A stretch of 64,000 nt of DNA from contig CDPCPM010000037.1 in the NCBI GenBank assembly GCA_976551045.1, forward strand, positions 8,060,001 through 8,124,000, in the 5' to 3' direction. This DNA is from Glaucostegus cemiculus. Lineage: Eukaryota. The notes under the pieces were generated by a model. It was not told the origin of the DNA, did no database searches, and worked only from the letters and a program-made list of their open reading frames with translations. The translations under genes were made by a program, and so were the position numbers. Numbering within the stretch: position 1 is the stretch's first letter; every line of letters starts with the position of its first letter. Positions 1 to 13,153 of this stretch are shown here, one piece after another.

Positions 1-559
1 CTACCTGAAATCTGAATTGTGTGAGTATTGGGTCTTGACCACTCTCCTGCCCCCAAGTAATGCAATGAACTTGCACTTTATCACCTTTTCTTCATTGTCC
101 ATCCAAGGTTTTCCATGAGGTATCTTCCCACATTTCTTCCCGAGTATATGCAGTAAGTTATTCTACAGGATTTTAAAGTTGTCTCTTCTCATATTGTCTC
201 TCTGATTTTACTGCCTTCCTCTATTCCATCCAGACAGGTGAACTTTCTCTTCTTTGTTCACAGCAAAATCCTCAGCTATGAACTCTTACAGGTTTCTCCA
301 CATACATAGCTGAGTGTTATCAATCTCAGGCAAGGCCATCTCTGATAATTTCTCCCTCATCAGACTGCCCTCTATCCACTTTGAGTCTCAATGCTTTCTG
401 TATCTTTCCCTGGAGAAAACATCTGCAATGTGTTAATTTTTGACCTATTCACCATGATACCTGTGCAACTGTTGATTTGGTAAACTAATCATTTAAAAGA
501 CAATTATCCATTTATTGTTATCTAGACTCATCTATTTCACTGTTTTTTGTCTGCTCTTC

Positions 560-745
560 CTTTATCTTCACATCCAAAACTTTGATCTCTATCCTAACTC
601 ACACCAGGTCTTGATTAAGCACTCCTTGCTTGCTGAACTGTATTGACACTCAGTAGAGAAATGCATCAAATGTTAAATTCTCACCAGATAAATTTTTGAC
701 CTTGCCACTCTTTGATCCATGATCTCCTCCAGCCATACTGTCTTC
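560..745 (+). mobile_element. Decayed L2 LINE ORF2 C-terminal fragment
   Basis: Degenerate match to the L2 C-terminal pattern IQN..ARILT...ITP.LA.LHWLP...FKIL (catccaaaactttgatctctatcctaactcacacc...actccttgcttgctgaactgtattgac...ttaaattctc). Confidence 0.45.
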
Positions 746-749
746 CGAT

Positions 750-870
750 AAATCACCCTCAATCTACATCACAAAAGCATTAACTGGTCGTTATCACATT
801 GTGATGTGTGAGTGAGTGCATTTGTACATAATTTGGCTGTTATGTTTTATACATTGCAACATAATGGGAA
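750..870 (+). mobile_element. DeuSINE/SacSINE1-like SINE, partial
   Basis: ctggtcgttatcacattg...ttggctgttatgttttatacattgcaaca corresponds to the 3' half of the copies at 23907-24398 and 42400-42801. Confidence 0.5.
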
Positions 871-1052
871 ACTATTCAACCTCCAGTAATTACACTCCAG
901 AATTAAGGTCACCAAAACCTCAGTCGTTGGGCTGTAGTATGCAGACAATGCTTGCATTTGCGTACGCTCAGAAGCCATCATGAAGCTTTTACTGAAGCAT
1001 ACGAGAAGAGGCACCTTACCCTCAATGTTCACAAGGCAAAGTTCTCTACCAA

Positions 1053-1228
1053 GGTAGTAAGCTGCTGGAGAACTCAGAGGGTCAGGTAGCAGCTATGGAG
1101 GCAAAGGGATAGTCGATGTTTTGGGTTGAGACCCTGCACCAGTCCTGATGTAGCATCTTGATCTGAAATGTGAATATCCTTATTCATTGCTCCAGATCTC
1201 AGCATCTGGAGTCCTTTGTGTCTCCATA
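1053..1228. mobile_element. Short palindromic Penelope-like element derivative with two degenerate hammerhead motifs
   Basis: gctgctggagaactcag...gaccctgcacc / agtcctgatg...gaaa...agcatctggagtcctttgtgtctc; 11-bp TSD TTCTCTACCAA at 1042-1052 and 1229-1239. Confidence 0.7.
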
Positions 1229-1339
1229 TTCTCTACCAACCTGCCCCTCTCCACTCTGACTTCTGACGATAAAGGTTCACAGCTTCGTGCTGAAGAGCAT
1301 GGTGCATTTTCATTATCTTGAGAACTATCACTTGGCTAG

Positions 1340-1975
1340 CATGCATTTGAACAAAATTCATGGTCTAATGAGCAGTAGTGATCCCTGCCCTCCCATATGC
1401 TTGACTACCAAGGCCAGGTACCTTGGGGCTCCAGTGTTGTCTCCAATTCAGCGGAAAGACAAGTGAACCAATGTCAGTGTCTTCCCTGAGGCTGATGTCC
1501 CTGTATTGAGGGCCTTGTATTGAGGGCCTAGTTGCACTCAGTTGTTTCTGAATGACGATGCGAACCTTTGACAAAGGGCAGGCCATGTTATCCACAAGCC
1601 AGACATCAGACTCTTGAAACAGACACTCTACTCTGACCTCAATGTTGTGCTCACATACTTGAAGGAATGCAACACTCCCAATTGGGAATCTCTGGCCCAT
1701 GACTGCTCAAAGTGGAGAAGGAACATTCAGGATGATGGAGTCCATGCACTGGGAGCACACAGGGACCCTGCAATGAGATGGAAGGAGCAGACAACCTCAT
1801 AAACTACAACCCCCCCATCCCCTCAGCCACCACCAGCCACCCCAGCCCCCGGCCCCTGTGGAAGAGTTTGTAATTTCCAAATTGGCCTCTGTTGCCATCT
1901 CAGAGGCCAAATAACTAGAGTGAAAATAAATTATCCTCAATCCCCAGGGACTGCCAAAAGAAAAAAGATAACCGT
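1340..1975 (+). mobile_element. RTE-clade LINE 3' fragment (decayed)
   Basis: Reads as AVVIPAL.YA...TNVSV...KQTLYS...WESLAHDCSKWRRNIQ, typical of the RTE C-terminus; stops and frameshifts present. Confidence 0.7.
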
Positions 1976-2081
1976 GATGAAAGTTCAAAAATACTTCATT
2001 GTCTGCAACGGCACTTTGGGTGATCTGAGACTGGGAAAGGTGCTAATATAAATATACATCTTGATAACATAATGGAGCAAG

Positions 2082-2489
2082 TGTCATGATTCTGAGTACT
2101 GGCCCTTGATTTGGCTCCTTGGATGCCTCATTGTACAGCACATGGATTCCATGCTGGACTGATTGCATAATGACACACACCTGAGCCCCATCAGGGGCCT
2201 AGCATAAGTACCTGGGTTTCTCTAGCACTAGTTGCCAGAGGATTGGTCAACCTTGAAGATTCAGTTTGGTTCCTAGCTGCTTAGTGTGGTCTACTCCAGA
2301 GCAGTCCTGTGTTTTCTATTCCTGCTTGAAGATTCAGCTTGTGTTGGGATTACTACTCAGATCTCTGAGGCAAGATTTCCTTCCAGTGTTGCCTGTGTCC
2401 GGTCCTGAGGAAGTATCCTGATTCCAGTCTTGTACCAGTGTGCTGCATTTGGGTCTCTCTGATCTTGTTCTTCAATCAACATTGTGACC
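2082..2489 (+). mobile_element. Solo LTR, copy 1 (408 bp), probably Gypsy
   Basis: Begins TGTCATGAT, ends ATTGTGACC; 5-bp TSD GCAAG (2077-2081 and 2490-2494); aligns along its length with 11210-11594 and the reverse complement of 53050-53458. Confidence 0.85.
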
Positions 2490-2571
2490 GCAAGAGTTTC
2501 AAAATATTTTATGAGCTTTGAATAAGGACCTTTTGTTTAACTAGGTTACTTTTTTTGCCCATCTTATTTGC

Positions 2572-3235
2572 TAAGAAGAATGAGAGGGGATCTTATAGAA
2601 ACATGTAAAATTATGAAATGGATGTATATGATAGAGGCAGGAAAGTTGTTTCCACTAGTAGGTGAGACTAGAACAAGGGGACATAGCGTCAAGTTTCGGG
2701 GGAATAGATTTGGGACAGATGAGATTAGGGTAGGCATGGTATTGTAGTGGTTGCTGTAATGCTATCACAGCACCAGTGACTGGGGTTCAATTCTGGACAC
2801 TGTCTATAAGGAGTTTGTATGTTCTCCCTGTGTCTGCGTGGGTTTCCTCCCAGATTCCAAAGGTGTATGGGTTAGGAAGTTGTGGGCATGATATGTTGGC
2901 ACTGTAAGCATGGTGACACTTGTGGGCTGTCCCCCAGAACACTACACAAAAAGATGTGTTTTGAATAAAGGTATCTTAAATTGCTTTTCCCAGAGAGTAG
3001 TGAATCTGTGGAATTCTCTGCCCAGGGAAATTAAGCAGTAGAGGCTACATCATTAAATATATTTAAGACAGTTAGATTTTTGGATAATAGAGAAATTAAA
3101 GGTTCTGGGGGAAAAGGCAGGTCAGTGGATCTGAGTCCACAGCCAGATCAGCCATGAGTTTACTGAATGGTGAAGCAGGCTCAACAAGCCAGATGGCCTA
3201 CTCCTGCTCCTATTTCTTATGCTCTTATGTTCTTA
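2572..3235 (+). mobile_element. CR1 LINE 3' end (ORF2 C-terminus plus 3' UTR), interrupted by a SINE
   Basis: RRMRGDLIET.KIM...LFPLVGETRTRGH...FSQRVVNLWNSLP; tail cctactcctgctcctatttcttatg(ttcttatg). Confidence 0.85.
2728..2978 (+). mobile_element. tRNA-derived V-SINE (HE1-like), Rex-type tail subfamily, nested in CR1
   Basis: Box A/B head (tagtggtt...gggttcaattc), V-domain tgcgtgggtttcctcc, tail shared with 39328-39623. Confidence 0.85.
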
Positions 3236-4904
3236 ACTCTAAGAGTCTTTCATGTCATTCATGTTATCACATATAGACAGCAGTTAAGAGTGGCAAGTTT
3301 GATTCCCTGGACGATATTGGGGAACAATCCATGTTAATACAATAATCCAATGACTTCCACAATCATTCTTCTGGTAATTGACCAGAATATTGAATATTAA
3401 ATTGAATTGAATATAAGCATGTTTTTGATATTCAGCCACTGTAATATAACTTCAGTGCCTACTAAATATAACAATGCAGGGCATAACTACTGCTCCAGCT
3501 CTTTCCATTTCATAAGCCAAAAACAGATTCCTGAAAATCATTTGCCAACTCTTCAAGAAAAAGCTGAGAGCAGATCACACAGTTTCATTCACTTTCCCAT
3601 CCTTGGGGCACATCCAACTATTACATTTCAAAGAAAAAAAGAAACATTTCATTACATTTGAGAATTGAAAATTGCTTTATGTTTTGTTTGATCACACAAA
3701 ATCATATTGTTTTTCATGTATTGTGGAAGAGACATTGTACTCGTTGGATGAACTTCATATCCTGTGTTCCAGGGCAGGAGATAGCTCTTACAAGCAGAAC
3801 TAAAAATGACATGAATTTCTGTGCAAATTTAAAACATCAAAAAAATAAAGCTATCTTTCCCTGTGATTTAGTTATATATTTATTTCTACCAGTAGAACAT
3901 TCACTTTTGAATAATCAATGTTTCATTACCATGCGAGCATAACTGGATTTTTACAAGTAAATGTAAATGATTAAATGAGAGTTTGCATTAATTCTATTTT
4001 TCATAAATTAGAGTAACTGAATTATAGTTTATTCCCAGAAGAGTCTAGTAAGATAGCCAATCATAGTATTATAAACTCACTAATAAATCCAGCCATAACT
4101 GAACAAATAATAGTGGGTCAGCTATTCTTATCGAAAGGCATCAGCTCCTTCAGTAGAATGGTGGTGCAATAATTTAAATGTGTTAAGTTCTCTTGATCAC
4201 TCAAACTTTGGGAGTGGTTCAAACCTATTGTATAAATGAGGACTATTCGAAATCAATCTATCTAAACAAAAAAAAATTAAGCAAGTGAAAAAAATTGGTC
4301 AACTTTGATAATGGCTTTTAGTTAACTTAGTGCTAAGTGCTACTTCCTGCATTCACATACTGAATTGGAGTTGTCTGCACCCTGCTAAGTGCATTGTTCC
4401 TTGATCATACTTACACAAAACTTCCTCATTCTGAAGTAATGTGTTGCCATCATGTTTAAACTTGGTGTGTGAGTAGACTTATTTATGCATGATTTATTAT
4501 CACAAGAGGTTCAAGAATAATTGCAATGAGAAATGATGCAAGGTCAGAATGCCTGAACATTTGCTGAGTGTCTCCACAACTAGTTCTGTCAGATGCTGTC
4601 TGAACTCTCCAGCCCCTCCTCCTCCTCACAACAGGCCATCATTGCCATGATAATCCCAAAGGCACATACAGACAGGCGCAGAGGGACCTGTCTGCACATA
4701 CCCATTCATACATACGTGCACAGGTGCCCTTGCTCACTGCTTCTGCCCTGCTTCCCACCCCACCCTTTCCTTCATCTCTCTCACTCAGTGAGAGTGATCA
4801 TGACTTCCTCCCTTCCTCCCTTAGTTATCCTTCCTCCAACCTCTACATCCCTCTGCCCCTCTCTTGCACCCTGACACTTTGTTACCTTCTCCCTTCCTTT
4901 CACT

Positions 4905-5115
4905 GGGTACCAAAGGGTGGTGGGTATATGGAATGAGCTGCAGAGGCAGGTACAATTACAGTGTTTAAAAGGACACGTACATGGATTGGAAAGGTTTAGA
5001 GGGATATGAGCCAAACGCAGGCACCTGGGATTAGCTTGAATAAACATCTTGGTTGGCGTGGACGAATTGGGCCAAAAGGCTACTTCCATACTATATAGCT
5101 CTGTGAATCCATGAC
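4905..5115 (+). mobile_element. CR1 3' end fragment
   Basis: gtggtgggtatatggaatgagctg...gcaggtacaattacagtgtttaaaagg...gggccaaaaggc...ctctgtgaatccatga. Confidence 0.7.
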
Positions 5116-5622
5116 ACGTTCCACCCCTTCTTTTTCCATGACCCTTTTTCTTCACCCTCTCTGCCTTCCATCCAGCACCTCACATCCTCCTCATCTACCT
5201 GCACCCAAATCCCTACCGTGCATTATCTCGCTCTGAGAACACCTGCCCCCACCACTGGCAGCTTCCCCTCAGCAATAGGCCTGGCCAGAACGTCTGATAA
5301 AATATTTGATGCATGGTCTTGTCATGAGAGAGACAAGTGAGAGACATGTACAAGATCTCATGGCAATAATCCCTGTCCTCACAATGGCACCCGTTACATT
5401 CTACCATCACCTGAGTGAGACAGTACAAGGAATACTACAAGGAAAGATACAAGAGACTACAGCAGGTACCAATGTCCACCACCCAATCTGCTCTGTTAAC
5501 TTCATCAACCTGACCCAAAACAATGGCAGCAACAGAAATATTGTTGCCTGAAAATGTTAAAGATATCGAGAATCTCACCAAGAGAGTTCTTTTCAGGCAG
5601 TACTTCACAAACAGCCTGATCG

Positions 5623-5998
5623 CTATTGGTATTGGCATTGGTTTATTATTGTCACTTGTACTGAGGTACAGTGAAAAAGTTGTCTTGCACACCGATCATA
5701 CAGGTCAATTCATTACACAGTGCAGTTACATTGAGTTAGTATGGCGTGCATTGAGATAGTACAGGTAAAAACAATAACAGTACAGAGTAAAGTGTCACCG
5801 CTACGGAGGAAGTGCATTGCAGGTAGACAATAAGGTGCAAAGTCACAACAAAGTAGATTGTGAGGTCAGATCCATCTCATCGGAAAAGGGGACTGTTCAA
5901 TAGTCTTATCACCATGGGATAGAAGCTGTCCTTGAGCCTGGTGGTATGTGCCCTCAGGCTCCTGTATCTTCTGCCTGATGGGAAAGGAGAGAAGAGAG
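5623..5998 (-). mobile_element. Rex1/Babar-type LINE 3' end
   Basis: Minus strand encodes LFSPFPSGRRYRSLRAHTTRLKDSFYPMVIRLLN*; 3' UTR ends gtgacaataataaa(ccaata)n. Confidence 0.75.
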
Positions 5999-6679
5999 CT
6001 CTAGACGGGTTGGGCCTTGGGACTTGGCCTGTGCAGGTCAGGCCTCGGCGTCGGGTACTCTGGTGGGGTCCAGGAGTCGGGTTGTGGTGGTGGGGCTCAA
6101 TGGGGTCGTCTCTTTGCTCTGCAAAAGCTTCCACATGGATGGGCCTGTCCTAGTGTTTCCTTCTGGGTTCGGGAGTCAGGTCCGTTTCACAGTTGTTCCT
6201 GGAGGTCAGAAGATTGCCAGCCCTGTAAGAAGATTTAAAAGAATATTATTAGTAATAGTAAGTGACATAGAATTTAAATTTAAAAGCGTAGAACGATTAT
6301 AGTAAGGGTAATGAGCAGATCTGTAGAGAAAAGCTTGCAATGAGTCGCCAAGCTTCGGAGCCACCTCTACCACATCTCAAGAAAAAGTAAAGAGCTCCAT
6401 AGGACCTGAAGTTCAAGGTCCAACAGAAAACCTGTGATTTGAAGAACAGATGGTGAGTGGAAGGAGAACGGTAAATCTAACAACTCATTGACAAGCATGA
6501 TATGTGCAGATTCTTCAGCTCTGTTACACCTACCTGTGGCCCAAATACCTAAGGGCCTCCCTGCTTTGAGCCAAGAGGAGGGGTGGACTTATTAAGGATG
6601 GAGGGGTAGTAGATCCTCAACTGTGATGCTGTCCTTAACGTGAGTGTCATTTACACTGTTCCACCACCATCCCTGGTCG

Positions 6680-7390
6680 ACAATTTGAGAAGGCCATATG
6701 TCAACAGAGAAACGTCAAGGGCTCGGGAGTAGATGATATCCTCGTTGAAATTATATAAAATGGCAGAGAGGAAATTTAGACATAAATTCACAGCTTCACC
6801 TCCCATGTTTGGTTTGAGAAGAAATGCCACAGAATCTTAGAGATGCAGTGATGGCAATCATCATCAAGAAAGAAGTGAAATCCAATCACAATATTGACAG
6901 AGGGGATTCCCTGTTCTCTGCCATAGGGAAAGTCATTAACAGGGTTCTGCTCAACTGCCAGCTCCCAAAAGGCACTGAACTGCTCCCCAAATTGCAGTGT
7001 GATTTCCAAACATCAAAAGACATGATGGACATGTTTACCATTCGATAATTCCAAGAGAAGTAGAGGGAGAAGCAGTAGCCACCATACATGGCCCTTATAT
7101 CCTGACAAAAACCATTGACTTCATCACTTGAGAAGGAATGGAGCACCTTTCTCAAACTTGGCTGGCTGCAGAAAGTCTTCACCATCTTATTCTAAAACTG
7201 ACAATCTCAGTCCATCAACACCAAAACCGTCTTTATCACACTGTGCTGCACCTTACCTCCAACAAATTTCTTGCAACAATAGAGCTGATCAGCAGGATAA
7301 ATGAGAAATTGTTCAACCCTCTTCACCTCTGCTCCAGGACCAACGTGACCCCAACTTCAGTCATTGGGTTGCAATACACAGAAAATACAG
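6680..7390 (+). mobile_element. RTE-clade reverse transcriptase fragment (decayed)
   Basis: MPQNLRDAVMAIIIKK...RGDSLFSAIGKVINRVLLN...LLPKLQCDF...DMFTIR*FQEK is a degenerate RTE RT N-terminal region (PQD.RDA.I..IFKKGD...YRGISLLS..GK...LPESQCGFR). Confidence 0.8.
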
Positions 7391-8960
7391 CTGATATATT
7401 TTTAAGTAGTTCCACATCTTCTCAATTTGATTGATAGTTGAATGTTCTAAAGTGCTTGGGTATTCTGATGACATTTTGATGAGCATCAAGTCACTCAGTG
7501 CAGAAGCAGGCCCTTCGGCCCACTTCATTCATGCTGACCATCAAGTATAAAGCTGGTTCTTTTCTGTCAGTCTCCATTAAACATCTCCAGTAACAAACTA
7601 TGTTGATCATACTGGGCAAGAAACTTATTACAGCTTCAAAGAAAATGCTGTCTTGCTTTTCAAACTCAGTTCAATTCAAATAAACCAATTTTGCAAATTT
7701 TTTGTTGTCTTGTCATCCATTTGTGAAATTTGTCCTCTTATTTTTGACAATATTTTTATTCTCCCTGATGTTTTCCTCCTGTGAAACTCACCCAAATTAT
7801 ACCAACAGCATTGCAAAGTGCAATGTTCGAAATTCATCTGCAGTGATCTTAGACTGAGCCTTTATTGTTGACTGAAACCATTCTTTGTAAAGGGCCCACT
7901 CAAAGTGTGGGCTTTGTAACTTCATATGACCTCAGCTCACATGTGTGTTGATGCCTTTGCTCAAGGAGGTCAGGATTATGGTCATTGTCAACTTTGTAGC
8001 CCCATGATCATTGCAGGCTGCTGCTGCTGATTTTTGCCACATTTGCTGCTTGGTGCTGCATTAAGAAGGTCACTCATACTCCAGATTGAAGGAGAAAGAC
8101 TTTATCTACTTTTTCTTCAGTCCAGTTGCTGTGTTACAAAGTTCACGGATCCCTGGTAACCCCCTGCCAGAAGCAACTGGCTGTAGATCTAGAGGGTCTC
8201 CACGGCCCACATAAACATAGAAGATATCTCCTGTGGGCTCTGCTCTTAACCAGCTCATCTAGGTCCCTCTGATCCCTAGGGATCATTCCCCTACCTCCAT
8301 TGTATTATCCGTACATTCAATCGCAACCTTCCCCTGTAGATGGAGGTGTGTTTCTTGCATTGCAATACATCCACTTAAGAAATAGACATCATGCTAACAA
8401 CTGTGAGACCTTCAGTAGGAAACACTGCATTGAAACCAATAACGTTACACAGGGAAACTCCACAATGACATTCTGTGAACCTTTCGATTGAGATTCTACT
8501 CTTTATGCAAATTTCACAAACACGATGGTGACCTGTAGTACTGCTTTAATACCAAAATAACTTAAAGAGAGTCACCAAGTCTTAGGTATGTTGGGAAGAT
8601 GTGTTCATGGCATTGTCATCTCCTTTGGATAGGGATTCAAAGGAGTATGACATTATCCTGGAACCTGGACCTCCACAGGATGTGGGGTTAGTTGCAATCT
8701 TCCCAATAATAATATTATTTGCTTCTGAAAAGCCACAAATATGAACAATCTTTGATCAGCAGTAGAGATAGCAGTCATGTACGCAGAAATGTAGTGGGTC
8801 AACCCACATAATTCTTGCCACTAGCTGTGTTGTACTTTGCCTCCACTGGGGCTTTCAGCATGGTGGATTTGACTGGAGAGGGTGAACAGCTTTGTTGGGG
8901 ACAGGAGAACTGCATTTTCCCTGTCTGCTCAAGCAGCAAATCTATTCTCTTTTCCAGCAT

Positions 8961-9032
8961 GTATTGGTATTGGTATTGGTTTATTATTGTCATTTGTACC
9001 GAGGTACAGTGAAGAGCTTGTCTTACAAACCG
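8961..9032 (-). mobile_element. Rex1/Babar-type 3' tail stub
   Basis: gtattggtattggtattggtttattattgtcatttgtaccgaggtacagtgaa, nearly the same as the tail at 5623-5695. Confidence 0.7.
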
Positions 9033-10244
9033 ATCGAAAGACATGCTTTTCATGGCAAGGTGTCAGAAATAAGGAAGGCTGAATATCCACAGTCAAAGGG
9101 ATCAGGAAAACCCAACTTGATTCATCTTGCTGGACAAAAGAGGAAAAATACTGGAAAGGAAACTGGTCAACAAGATGTGACAATATTTAATTGTCTCCAG
9201 ATTTATAGACCATTGTCTCAGTTATTTTGAAACTGCTGGAACGCAATGACTTTTTAAAAGTTTTATGCAAAATCTTGGGGACTTCCTCAAAATTCTACTT
9301 CTTCTGGTTTATTTTTAAATGGTAATATCACTGTTATAGAAGCTGCACTTTTCTAGGGACATCATTATGTTGTTCTGTGTTTAATTTTGGATTGTGGGAG
9401 AGCAGCATCTGTGCACTTGCACTCAAGGCTCACAATGTTAATTTTCAAACCACAGAATGAACTGTTTCTTTTCAAGCATCCTTTTGTAAATATTATTTGA
9501 TTTTTAACTTGTATAACAGAAGTACTTTATGAGACAAACATCATTCAACAAAAATCTATTGATGTAAGTATTATTAGTGTAATATATTTACTGTTTTGGA
9601 AGTAGTACAATGGATATCATTATTTAACTGGTGACTTGTCCACATGTGATTTTTATTTTATTCACGTTCTCATGGAAAGGTCCTCTGTGAGTTCACTGAA
9701 ATTTTGCTGAGAACTCCTCCCACATCATCAAATTAAATATTCCTGTTGTGAAAGTATCTTCAGCTTTTCTCCATGGGTGAGAAAAATTTCTCTGCTCTCT
9801 GTGAGAAGCAACTACCACTGAGAGTTCCACAGTAAGTACTAAAACATTATGGTCCACCAATACATCTAATAAATTGGTGGTTAACTATTTTTATATACAA
9901 AAATATCTTCATTTAATAATATATTTCTAGAAGCAGTCTTTAAAGGATAAAGCCTTTAACCAGATTCTTAGCATGTTCTATGTTTGACTCATCAGTTCAC
10001 TCACTTCTGGAGCTTCCCTCTCTCTTTCCCTCCCCCATATTCTCCCCTCCTTCATGGAGGTGCTGGCTCTTTCTTGGGAACAGGCATGTGATGCATTTTT
10101 TAAACTAAATAGCCCTTGGCAGCAGACTATGTAATCTAAGAGCATGACAGTTCAGAGAAAACCTGCCCTCATCCTAACTCTACCCACATGCAATTTCACC
10201 ATGCATTTCAAGACCAATCAGGAATAGGAGAAGAAAAGCAACAG

Positions 10245-11745
10245 TAACAGCTTGTATTTATATAGTGTGTTTTAAAGAGTACAACATCTGAAGGCACTTC
10301 ACTGGAGCATAACCAGATTTAAACCTACCTGAAGCCAAAGGAGGAGAATTTGTGTTTTGCTCAGTTAATCTCAGTCGTGGAGATATGTTTTTAAAAGTAT
10401 CTTAAAGAAGCGGAGGTGGGAGATTAGGGAGGGAAGTTCAGAACTTAAAGCCTAACCGCTTGAAGGCATAGTCACTAATGGTGCTGAGCCCCAATGAGTG
10501 AAAGAAGTGAGGAGCATACAATTAGGTGGAATGGAAGAATGCAAAGTTCCTGGATTACTGCAGGACTGGAGGAAGTTACAGAGATGTTCAGAAGAGGCAA
10601 GGCTAAGGAGGGAATTAAACATGAGAACCTTTTAATTGAAGCATTGGCAGTGTAGAAACCAACATAGGTTAGCAAGTATGGGATTGATGATTGATTGGAA
10701 CTTGGCACAAATGGGGCTACGGGCAACAGGGTTTTGGATGAATTTTAGTTATGGAGGATGGAAGATGGAGGCTAGTCAGCAGAGAACTGGAATAATTCAA
10801 GCAGAGTTAGCCTAAGTATGAATGGGGGTTTCAGCAGCAGATGGGCTGAAGCAAAGGTGGAGACGATAGATATTTTGGAGCTAGCAGTATGCCACCCAAG
10901 TTTGGAGCAGATGGAAAATATTTTTGATTGTTAGGTCTTGACGATTGAAAAGACAAAGTTATGATGCACAGGGTCATGGGAACAGAGAAGTCAGGGAGAT
11001 GGTGTTGCAGGACTGGTAGAGGTAAGCAAAATAGACAAGTGAGTTAATGGTAGAACTTAAACTGGGGGATGAAAACTTTAAATTGTTGAAGGACGGGGAG
11101 CAGTTTTATGTTGGTAAGAATAAGGGAGATTGACACACACGCACACCATGAAATGGACAGGATATGGGCAGCAAGAAATTTTGCTTGAGTCTCTTTGATA
11201 GGGTGTTAGTGTCATGATTCTGAGTACTGGCCCTTGATTTGGCTCCTTGGATGCCTCGTTGTACAGCACATGGATTCCATGCTGGACTGATTGCATAATG
11301 ACACACACCTGAGCCTAGCATAAGTACCTGGGTTTCTGTTGCACTAGTTGCCAGAGTATTGGTCAACCTTTGGCTCTTTGCTGCTTAGAGTGGTCTACTC
11401 TAGAGCAGTCCTGCATTCTCTAGTCCTGCTTGAAGATTCAGTTTGTGTTGGGATTACTACTCAGATCTCCGAGGCAAGATTTCTTCCAGTTGCTGCCTGT
11501 GTTTGGTCCTGAACAAGTATCCTGACTCCAGTCTTGTACCAGTGTGCCACATTTGGGTTCTCTGTGAGCTTGCTCTTCAATCAACATTGTGACAGTTAGA
11601 ACTCTACCCTGAAAATGGCAAGGACGTAGATAAGTGTGGGTGGATGAGTGTGGAACAGAGATGGGTGATGTTATAAAAGTAGAAGTAGGCAGATTTAGAA
11701 TGGTGGATGTGGGTAAAGTTATCCTGAGAATGCAAAGTAGCCATT
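10245..11745 (-). mobile_element. Old L2 LINE fragment, interrupted by solo LTR copy 2
   Basis: Starts with an inverted L2-type tail (cttgtatttatatag...aaggcacttcac) followed by purine-rich antisense L2 ORF2 sequence. Confidence 0.5.
11210..11594 (+). mobile_element. Solo LTR, copy 2 (385 bp)
   Basis: TGTCATGAT...ATTGTGACA; perfect 5-bp TSD GTTAG (11205-11209 and 11595-11599). Confidence 0.9.
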
Positions 11746-11748
11746 TTT

Positions 11749-12514
11749 GAGTCATAGAGTTATACGGCACAGAAATGGGGCCTTTGGCCTAACTAGTCCA
11801 TGCTGATTGTGATGCCTGTCTACACTAATTCTATTTGCCTGCATTAAATCTATAACCGCTATTCCCTTCCCATCCAAGTACCTGTCCAAATGCCTTTTAA
11901 GTGTTGCAATTGTATCTTCCTCTACCATTTCCTCTGGTAGTTTGTTCCATATAACCACCTACTTTTGTGTGGAAAATTTGTCCATCAGAACTCCCCCCTC
12001 TCACCTTCAACCTATGCCCTCTAATTTTAGACTCCCCTATCCTAGGAAGTGTCCCTCATACTTTTATAAACTTCTGTAAGGTCACCCTGTAGCCTCCTAC
12101 ATTCTGGTAAGAATAAATGCAATCTATCTAATCTCTCTTTATAAGTAATTCCAGGCCACATCCTGGTGAATCTCTTCTATACTTTGTCTAAAGCTACCAC
12201 ATCTTTCCTGTGGCGATCAGAACTGTACACAATACTCCAAGTGTGGCCTGATGAATGTTTTGTACTGCTGCAACATGACATCCCAAGGCTTATTACTCAA
12301 TGCCTCGGCCTATGAAGGCCAGTGTACCGAATGCCTTCTTCACCACTCTATCCACCAATGTCACTATTTTCAAGGAGCAATGAACTTGCACCCCAAGGTC
12401 CCTCAGTACATCAACTGTCCCGAGGTCCCTGCCATTTACAAGATATGCACTGTTAGTATTTGTCATCCCAAAATGCATTACCTCATAACTGTCTGAATTA
12501 AATTCCATCTGCTG
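11749..12514 (-). mobile_element. CR1 LINE 3' fragment
   Basis: Minus-strand QMEFNSD.YEVMHFG...RDLGVQVHCSLK...VDRVVKKAFGTLAFIGRGIE and WNKLPEEMVE; tail ctgtataactctatgactc. Confidence 0.85.
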
Positions 12515-13153
12515 CTGCGGAGGATGAAGAGTTTCTGATGGGAGCCCAGTACAATAGCTTGGATTTCGCTGACTGCTAGAATTCACCTAATAATTCACCT
12601 GACTGATAGAACCCTGATCCCCTCATCCATGTGTTTAAAAGTACAAACACCAAACTTGCTGCTCGACAGCCTCCTGGACCCAATTGACAAGGCCTTGTAT
12701 GGTGCTGGGGCCTTATACAAATTAGTCAGATAATGTGGGTGGGTCAGGCAAATTCTTGCCTACAAAATCACTGAGGACATCCCTGGCAAATGGCAAAGCT
12801 ACACCCTTGGCTTTGCCTGTTCTCAGATTTGAGTTATTTGGAATGCCTCTAAATATCCTGGGAATTTTGGGAGCATTCAAAATTAGCAATTAAAGAGTAC
12901 TAAAAATGTACCATTTTCCCCAACAGTAATCACTTAAACCTACCCAAAACATTTTAAAATAATTAAAAGCCAAACTTCTATAATTGAAAAGAACATAATG
13001 TACCTTTGTTCCATACAGAATTAAGACCTTCATTGAGATGGTGGGCTTGCAGATCCTGTGCCAGGATAGAGCATTCTACTTCGCTTCTGAAATTCATTAT
13101 GGTTGAACTCAATGGAACTGAATGTTGGAGGAAAAATATTGCCCAGTGTGTCC

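Noticed and set aside
11078-11308. Paralogous ORFs starting MCVIMQSVQHGIHVLYNE (also 53360-53605)
   Set aside because: The shared part is only LTR sequence read antisense; similarity stops at the LTR boundary.
2082-11594. Two direct LTRs 9 kb apart as one full-length LTR retrotransposon
   Set aside because: Each LTR has its own distinct TSD, and the interval holds unrelated LINE/SINE debris rather than gag-pol.
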